64,000 nucleotides of DNA from contig CAXHJY010000850.1 in assembly GCA_964016885.1 (NCBI GenBank), positions 1 to 64,000 on the forward strand, given 5' to 3'. This DNA is from Eledone cirrhosa (taxonomy: Eukaryota). A program made the translations under genes and the position numbers. This document shows, piece by piece, positions 56,270-64,000 of this stretch. The stretch's first letter is position 1. Every line of letters starts with the position of its first letter. The notes beneath the pieces were generated by a model that made no database searches, was not told where the DNA came from, and was given only the letters and a program-made list of their open reading frames with translations.

Positions 56270-57191
56270 ACATCTTCTCACACACACACACACACATACA
56301 CACACATTCGCCCCCCCCCCCCCCACACACACATTCGCCCACACACAGATGCACACACACTCTCACTGACACTACACATCTTCTCACAGACACACACATT
56401 CACAAATAACACACACACACATTCACAAATAACACACACACACACAGATGCACACACTCTCACATACACGACACACACATTTGCACACACACACACACAG
56501 ATGCACATACACACTCACACACACTACACACCTTCTCAATAGACACACACACACAGAGATGCACATTCACACACACACACACACACACACAGATCCACAT
56601 ACTCTGACACGCACTAAACACCTTCTTACAGACGCACACGTACATTCCCACACACACAAATGCACATTCACACACACTATACACCTTCTCATACACACAC
56701 GCAGGCATACACACACCGATGCACACACACACCGATGCACACACACACACACACACACTACACTACACACCTTCTCACAGACGCACACGTACATTCCCAC
56801 AGACACATGCACATTCACACACACACTATACACCATCTCATACACACACGCAGGCATACACACACAGTTGCACACACACTACACACCTCTCACAGGCGCA
56901 CACACACGCAAGCATACACACATGTAGATTCACATACCCTACACACGTTTTCACAGCCACACTCACACACACGCAAGCATAGACACTCACTCATCTCACA
57001 TGCACAGATATGCGCAGGCATACACACACACACACTCACACACATTACACACACAAACTCACACACATGATACAGTCAATGCATACATACACACACACAC
57101 ACACATACACACACACACTCACCCACCCATACAAATATTCCAATTTGGAAATACAATATTTATGAGAAAACACACACACACGCACACACAA

Positions 57192-57222
<31 letters not shown>

Positions 57223-57285
57223 CACGCACACACACACACACACACACACATATACCCATACACACACACACACACGCGTGCACAC
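56270..57285. repeat. Degenerate (CA)n region with CACTACACACCTTCTC sub-repeats
   Basis: Direct reading. Confidence 0.9.
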
Positions 57286-57507
57286 TCTTTATATCACTAC
57301 ACACATCTATCTGGCCCAAAACTTCAAATATGGAACAGGTGATAATATCACAGATGACGATATTTTATAAATTTACCATTAAAAGCTGGCAGTTGTTTAA
57401 ATATCGGTAGGGTACCCCTATCTTCTATGAAATATAGTTCTGAAGAGGCATGGCTTGGTGGTTAGTCTCTTTGATTCATGATTACCTTGTTGTTCGATTT
57501 GACCCCG

Positions 57508-58980
57508 GCGTGCAATGGGTGGCCCGCAGGGACCAGTCAGAGTGGGCCGCGATGATCGTCTTTAATTTTAACCTTGTAGGCTTATATAACCGTAATACAA
57601 TTTTCTGTTAGTTGACCTATACTAAAGGGCTTCACTGATAGGGTTGTGTGTTATAATTTCCCCAGTTCCACGTTATGGAAAGAAGTTGTGGTAACACTTT
57701 GGAATAGTGCTTAATAAATATTAAAGACCCTAATAGTTATTCTGATAGGGGTATGTGTGTTATAATTTCCCCAGTTCCACGTTATGGAAAGAAGTTGTGG
57801 TAACATCTTTGGAATAGTGCTTAATAAATATTAAAGGCCCTAATAGTTATTCTGATAGGGGTATGTGTGTTATAATTTCCCCAGTTCCACGTTATGGAAA
57901 GAAGTTGTGGTAACATCTTTGGAATAGTGCTTAATAAATATTAAAGACCCTAATAGTTATTCTGATAGGGGTATGTGTGTTATAATTTCCCCAGTTCCAT
58001 GTTATGGAAAGAAGTTGTGGTAACATCTTTGGAATAGTACTTAATAAATATTAAAGGCCCTAATAGTTATTCTGATAGGGGTATGTGTGTTATAATTTCC
58101 CCAGTTCCATGTTATGGAAAGAAGTTGTGGTAACATCTTTGGAATAGTGCTTAATAAATATTAAAGGCCTTAATAGTTATTCTGATAGGGGTATGTGTGT
58201 TATAATTTCCCCAGTTCCACGTTATGGAAAGAAGTTGTGGTAACATCTTTGGAATAGTGCTTAATAAATATTAAAGGCCTTAATAGTTATTCTGATAGGG
58301 GTATGTGTGTTATAATTTCCACGTTATGGAAAGAAGTTGTGGTAACATTTGGAATAGTGCTTAATAAATATTAAAGGCCTTAATAGTTATTCTGATAGGG
58401 GTATGTGTGTTATAATTTCCCCAGTTCCATGTTATGGAAAGAAGTTGTGGTAACATCTTTGGAATAGTGCTTAATAAATATTAAAGACCCTAATAGTTAT
58501 TCTGATAGGGGTATGTGTGTTATAATTTCCCCAGTTCCATGTTATGGAAAGAAGTTGTGGTAACATCTTTGGAATAGTGCTTAATAAATATTAAAGGCCT
58601 TAATAGTTATTCTGATAGGGGTATGTGTGTTATAATTTCCCCAGTTCCACGTTATGGAAAGAAGTTGTGGTAACATCTTTGGAATAGTGCTTAATAAATA
58701 TTAAAGGCCTTAATAGTTATTCTGATAGGGGTATGTGTGTTATAATTTCCACGTTATGGAAAGAAGTTGTGGTAACATTTGGAATAGTGCTTAATAAATA
58801 TTAAAGGCCATAATAGTTATTCTGATAGAGGTATGTGTGTTATAATTTCCCCAGTTCCACGTTATGGAAAGAAGTTGTGGTAACATCTTTGGAATAGTGC
58901 TTAATAAATATTAATGGCCCTAATAGTTGTTCCAATGTTCAAAAGTGGCCCTCCAGTTAGAATATGTTGTACACTCCTAC
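57508..58980. mobile_element. hAT-like non-autonomous element carrying an internal minisatellite
   Basis: Left GTGCAA..GGCCCGCAGG..GGGCCGCG; right GTGGCCCTCC..GTTGTACACTCCTA resemble hAT (Charlie-type) ends; left TIR degraded. Confidence 0.5.
57636..58930. repeat. 110-bp minisatellite, ~12 copies, with 100-bp variants
   Basis: CTGATAG(G/A)G recurs at 57742, 57852, 57962, 58072, 58182, 58292, 58392, 58502, 58612, 58722, 58822. Confidence 0.97.
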
Positions 58981-58984
58981 CGTA

Positions 58985-59680
58985 AAACATTCTATCCGAC
59001 ATTTTAACGACTCTGCCAATTCGCCGCCTGTAAAATATAGTTGGTATGGCGTAGACCTGTAACTTCTGGGGGGAGTCGTGGCAGCGCCGTATTGACATAC
59101 GGTGTTTCTAGGGCATTTTAAAACCTGGCGGAGTGCATCCCCTCTCCGGGTTTGAATACAGCAGATTTCTTCTAGAGAAGAATAGTGAGTGAGAGAACGG
59201 AAGTGAGAAAGAGATACAGAAGAAAAATCGTCCTCAGTATTAGAGTGGTACCTTTTTTTTTATCGACCTCGAGTAGATGGAAAACAAAGTTGACTTCGGC
59301 GTGACTTGGAATTTGAAGGTGCAGAGAAGCGGCAAAAATACCGAAAAAGTATTCTTTCCGACATTCTACTAACGCTGCCAGTTCGTTGCTTGTACAATAT
59401 AGTTGGTGTGGTATGGAATCGTAACTCTCGAGGGAGGTTTAGGGGCAGCATATCGACATACTGCGTTTTTTAGGGCATTTTTTAACCTGGCGGAGCACAC
59501 CTCTTCTCCAGAAGGATAGATAATTAGAGAAAGGAAGTGAGAAAGAGATATAGAGGGCCAATCGAGCCCATTATTACTAGACTGGTACATTTTTTTTATC
59601 GACCTTGAGTAGATGAAAAGTAAATTGACCACGACGGGACTTGGAATCAGAGGGTGCAGAACAAATACCACAAAGCATTC
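58985..59680. repeat. Diverged ~360-bp tandem duplication containing SINE family A pieces
   Basis: AATATAGTTGGT..TAGGGCATTTT..AACCTGGCGGAG..GGAAGTGAGAAAGAGATA..TGGTAC..TATCGACCT present twice. Confidence 0.75.
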
Positions 59681-61256
59681 TTTTTTTGTTTTACTTTGAC
59701 TATTGCTCAATCTTTATTGGTAATTAATTTGTGGTGTCAACTCTATCCTGGTCACAAAAGTAGATAAAGTTGTAATCTGAAAATGAATAAAACATACATA
59801 GCAAGTACATAAAACCTACTGTCTGATAAATGTGTCCGAACACGGAGGGGCCGAACTTCCACTGTCATCGCCTCCATCCTATCGCGCTCCTCATCTCTCT
59901 GTATTATGAGCAAATGGTGTCCCACGTGCTGGCTGCCCCGGCGGACAGAATAGAGAAGGCGTTTCCCCGGAGGACGTTAAGGGAGATGGCCTGGAAGAGC
60001 CATTCCATCTCGTGAGACTCACACCTGCGGCTAGCCAGCTCAGCGCCTATGGTCGTGAGTAGGGAGGTAGCCCTAGGGCCAAGGACACCAGCAGTCTCTA
60101 CTGCTACGGCTAGCCAGCTCTGCGCCTATGCTGGTAAGGAGGTAGGTAGCCCTAGGGCCAACGACACCAGAAGTCTCCACTGCTACGGCTAGCCAGCTCA
60201 GCGTCTATGGTGGTAAGTAGGGAGTTAGCTCTAGGGCGAACGATACCAGAAGTTTCCACTGTTACGGCCTACCAGCTCAGCGTCTATGGTGGTAAGTAGG
60301 GAGTTAGCTCTAGGGCGAACGATACCAGAAGTTTCCACTGTTACGGCCTGCCAGCTCAGCGTCTATGGTGGTAAGTAGGGAGTTAGCTCTAGGGCGAACG
60401 ATACCAGAAGTTTCCACTGTTACGGCCTGTCAGCTCAGCGTCTATGGTGGTAAGTAGGGAGTTAGCTCTAGGGCGAACGATACCAGAAGTTTCCACTGTT
60501 ACGGCCTGTCAGCTCAGCGTCTATGGTGGTAAGTAGGGAGTTAGCTCTAGGGCGAACGATACCAGAAGTTTCCACTGTTACGGCTAGCCAGCTCAGCGTC
60601 TATGGTGGTAAGTAGGGAGTTAGCTCTAGGGCTAACGATACCAGAAGTTTCCACTGCTACGGCTAGCCAGCTCAGCGTCTATGGTGGTAAGTAGGGAGTT
60701 AGCTCTAGGGCTAACGATACCAGAAGTTTCCACTGCTACGGCTAGCCAGCTCAGCGTCTATGGTGGTAAGTAGGGAGTTAGCTCTAAGGCCAACGATACC
60801 AGAAGTTTCCACTGCTACGGCTAGCCAGCTCAGCGTCTATGGTGGTAAGTAGGGAGTTAGCTCTAGGGCGAACGATACTAGAAGTTTCCACTGTTACGGC
60901 CTGCCAGCTCAGCGTCTACGGTGGTAAGTAGGGAGTTAGCTCTAGGGCCAACGATACTAGAAGTTTCCACTGCTACGGCCTGTCAGCTCAGCGTCTACGG
61001 TGGTAAGTAGGGAGTTAGCTCTAGGGCCAACGAGACCAGAAGTCTCCACTGTTACGGCCTGCCAGCTCAGCGTCTATGGTGGTAAGTAGGGAGTTAGCTC
61101 TAGGGCCAACGAGACCAGAAGTCTCCACTGTTAGGGGCACGACTGCAAACCTGTCGGAGATCGGCCGATACTTGGAGAATTTGTCCTCCTCAGCCCGAAG
61201 TGCAGCAGAACCTGGGTAAGTCGCAGTTCCATCTGACGTTCTAAGGACTCAGCCAA
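59680..61256 (-). mobile_element. CRE-clade (restriction-like endonuclease) non-LTR retrotransposon 3' fragment, split by a minisatellite
   Basis: PGSAALRAEEDKFSKY...FAVVPLTVETSGLVGP...[array]...EMEWLFQAISLNVLRGNAFSIL; stop at 59904-59906; AATAAA and A-rich tail near 59680-59718. Confidence 0.85.
60028..61132. repeat. 79-bp minisatellite, 14 copies
   Basis: CAGCTC(A/T)GCG every 79 bp from 60036 to 61063. Confidence 0.97.
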
Positions 61257-61442
61257 TTCACCAACCCTGCAATATGGTTACTTCTTTTTAAAATGTCTAA
61301 GGTAATTGGTCTCATATTCATTGCTATTCAGGGAGAGTATACCAGAATTTTTTCTAAACTTCACTTGGTTAGGAACATATACTTCTGAAATCAATATTGG
61401 TCATTTCTTTCTCTCTTTCGTTTTTTCTTTCATCTTTATTCT

Positions 61443-61447
<5 letters not shown>

Positions 61448-61516
<69 letters not shown>

Positions 61517-61754
61517 CTGTCAGTCTGTGAGTCTTCCTCTATCTATCTTCCTCTATCTGTCACCTCTTTCTCCCTATCCATGTATCTCTCTATCGCCCTC
61601 TCTCTATCCCCCTTCTATATATATATCTCTCTCTCTATATATATAGATATACATATATATATGTATATGTATATATATATATCTCTCTATATATAGATAT
61701 ACATATATATATGTATATGTATATATATATATCTCTCTATATATAGATATACAT

Positions 61755-61797
<43 letters not shown>

Positions 61798-62008
61798 CGT
61801 TGCGTATATATATATATGTATGTATGTGTGTGTATATATATATATATGTATGTGTGTGTATATATATATATATGTGTGTGTGTGTGTATATATATATATG
61901 TGTGTGTATATATATATATATGTGCGTGCGTTTATATATATATGTGTGTATATATATGTGTGTGTATATATATATATGTGTGCGTGCGTTTATATATATA
62001 TGTGTGTA

Positions 62009-62058
<50 letters not shown>

Positions 62059-62262
62059 TGTGTGTGTGTATATATATATGTGTGTGTATATATATATATG
62101 TGCGTGTGTGTGTATATATATATATGTGTATGTGTATATATATATATATATATGCGTGTGTGTGTGTTTGTGTATATATATATGTGTGTGTGTGTGTATA
62201 TATATATATGTGTGTGTATATATATATATGTGCGTGCGTTTATATATATATGTGTGTGTATA

Positions 62263-62295
<33 letters not shown>

Positions 62296-62347
62296 GTGTG
62301 TATATGTGTGTGTGTATATATATATATATATATGTGTGTATATGTGC

Positions 62348-62389
<42 letters not shown>

Positions 62390-62402
62390 ATATGTGTGTG
62401 TG

Positions 62403-62435
<33 letters not shown>

Positions 62436-62595
62436 CCTATGTCTTATTGTTAACCAAGTCAAAATCATTAACAGTCGTATGTTAAATCTTGGCATCTGTA
62501 TAAATACAAAATGTAATATATATATATATAAATATATATATATATACATATATATACATACATATATATATATACATACATATATATATATACAT

Positions 62596-62657
<62 letters not shown>

Positions 62658-62752
62658 AAATATATATAATATATATACATATATAAATATATATATATGT
62701 ATATAAATATGTATATATATATATATATGTATATTTATATATATATATATAT
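61448..62752. repeat. (CT)n followed by (TA)/(TG) compound microsatellites
   Basis: Direct reading. Confidence 0.9.
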
Positions 62753-62807
62753 AGCCGATTGTTACAATTTAAATAAGACATATATCGGTTCTCAGATTCT
62801 AACCTGA

Positions 62808-63440
62808 TATTGATGATGATGATGGTGATGGTGTTGGTGGTGGGGACGGTGGTCGTGGTGGCGACGGTGGTGGTGGTGGTGATGGTGGTAGTGATGGTGA
62901 CGCACGGTGGTGGCGGCGGCGGCGGTGGTGATGGTTGTTTTCATGTTGGTCATGTTGTATGTGTTGGTGATGGTGGTGATGATTTTTGTGTTGATGTTTG
63001 TAGGTGGTGGTGGAGTAGATGTTTTAGGTGGTGGTGGTTGTGTTGGAGTTAGTGAAGCTGCTGGTGTAGTCATTGATGGTGTTGTTGTTGGTGTTGTAGG
63101 TGATAGTGTTGTTGTTGTTGGTAGTGTTGGTGCTGTAGATTGTAATGTTCTCGTTGTTGTTGTTGGTAGTGTTGGTGTTGTAGATTGTAATGTTGTTGTT
63201 GTTGTTGTTGGTAGTGTTGTTGTTTTTGTTGTAGGTGGTAGTGTTGGTGTTGTTGTTGTAGGTGGTAGTGTTGGTGTTGTAGATTGTAATGTTCTTGTTG
63301 TTGTTGGTGGTAGTGTTGGTGTTGTTGTTGTAGGTGGTAGTGTTGGTGTTGTTGTTGTAGGTGGTAGTGTTGGTGTTGTAGATTGTAATGTTCTTGTTGT
63401 TGTTGGTGGTAGTTTTGTTGTTGTTGTTGTTGCTATTGTT
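62808..63440. repeat. (GGT/GTT)n region with 27- and 45-bp higher-order units
   Basis: GGTAGTGTTGGTGTTGTAGATTGTAATGTT repeated. Confidence 0.85.
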
Positions 63441-63727
63441 TTTATCGGAAAATGTCGTTCATGGCTTTTTTTACATCTCAATCTAATGAGAAATGTACGT
63501 GGAGTTCGTAGCTTTTACATCGTTATTCCAAATAATTTGATGAGTATTACGATGGAATAATTCCGATTTACAGCTCACCTCGTTCAGTATTATTGCAATC
63601 TAAAAATACAGATAGAAATAAATGTCGGGATTTAAATCGTGAACAATTAACAGCTTCTTTCCCATACTGTAACACTCTGTCTACCTATTTACTTCTCTAT
63701 CAATCTATCTGTCTATCTATCTATCTA

Positions 63728-64000
63728 TGGTGGACGCGTCTGAAAGGACTGAGGTCAGACACCTTTCTCTCTGGCCAACGACTGGTCCGTTTCTTCTGAT
63801 ATCATTTCGGAAGAAAGATCAGGATGGAGAGAGAGGTGCTGCACCCCAGCAAGTTTTATGAAAGGTGGGTGAAATGGCGAGAATGGCCCGAGTGAATGGG
63901 CCTTCTCTCTATATCAGCCTGTAGGTTGAGGAAAAGGAGGAGGAGAGGAAAGGAGTACAAACTCTACGTACTCCTGGAGATGAGGGTTGCACATTTTTGG
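63728..64000 (+). mobile_element. Tx1/L1-group retrotransposon 3' fragment (runs off the window)
   Basis: WWTRLKGL..FLSGQRLVRFF; high identity to 23195-23390. Confidence 0.65.

Noticed and set aside
62792-63481. Mucin-like Thr/Pro-rich ORF
   Set aside because: Explained by (GTT/GGT)n repeats; open on both strands; no signal peptide or splice evidence

Overview
Eukaryotic, extremely repeat-rich DNA with no convincing host protein-coding gene. The SINE families and microsatellite load resemble an octopus (coleoid cephalopod) genome; this is recalled, not searched. Roughly half the window is (TA)n-derived, (CA)n, (GGT)n or (GTT)n low-complexity sequence, including a 13.5-kb almost pure A/T array, so nearly all ORFs in the supplied track ([12 protein letters not shown]) are artefacts. 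Real structure: (1) a near-full-length minus-strand CR1/L2-group LINE (15087-~18760) with a frameshifted ORF1 (Myb/SANT-like domain plus CCCH finger), an APE endonuclease and a clean deletion of the RT core; (2) 3' fragments of CRE, RTE, Ingi/Vingi, Tx1 and Penelope-like retroelements; (3) several type-I hammerhead-ribozyme-like motifs in short Penelope-type modules sitting in (TA)n, some as inverted pairs; (4) many tRNA-derived SINEs, some with 16-19 bp TSDs; (5) pogo-like, hAT-like and Helitron-like non-autonomous DNA elements; (6) minisatellites of 37, 38, 61, 79, 110 and 310 bp, several traceable to the transposon sequence they arose from. All family assignments come from manual motif reading and need database confirmation.
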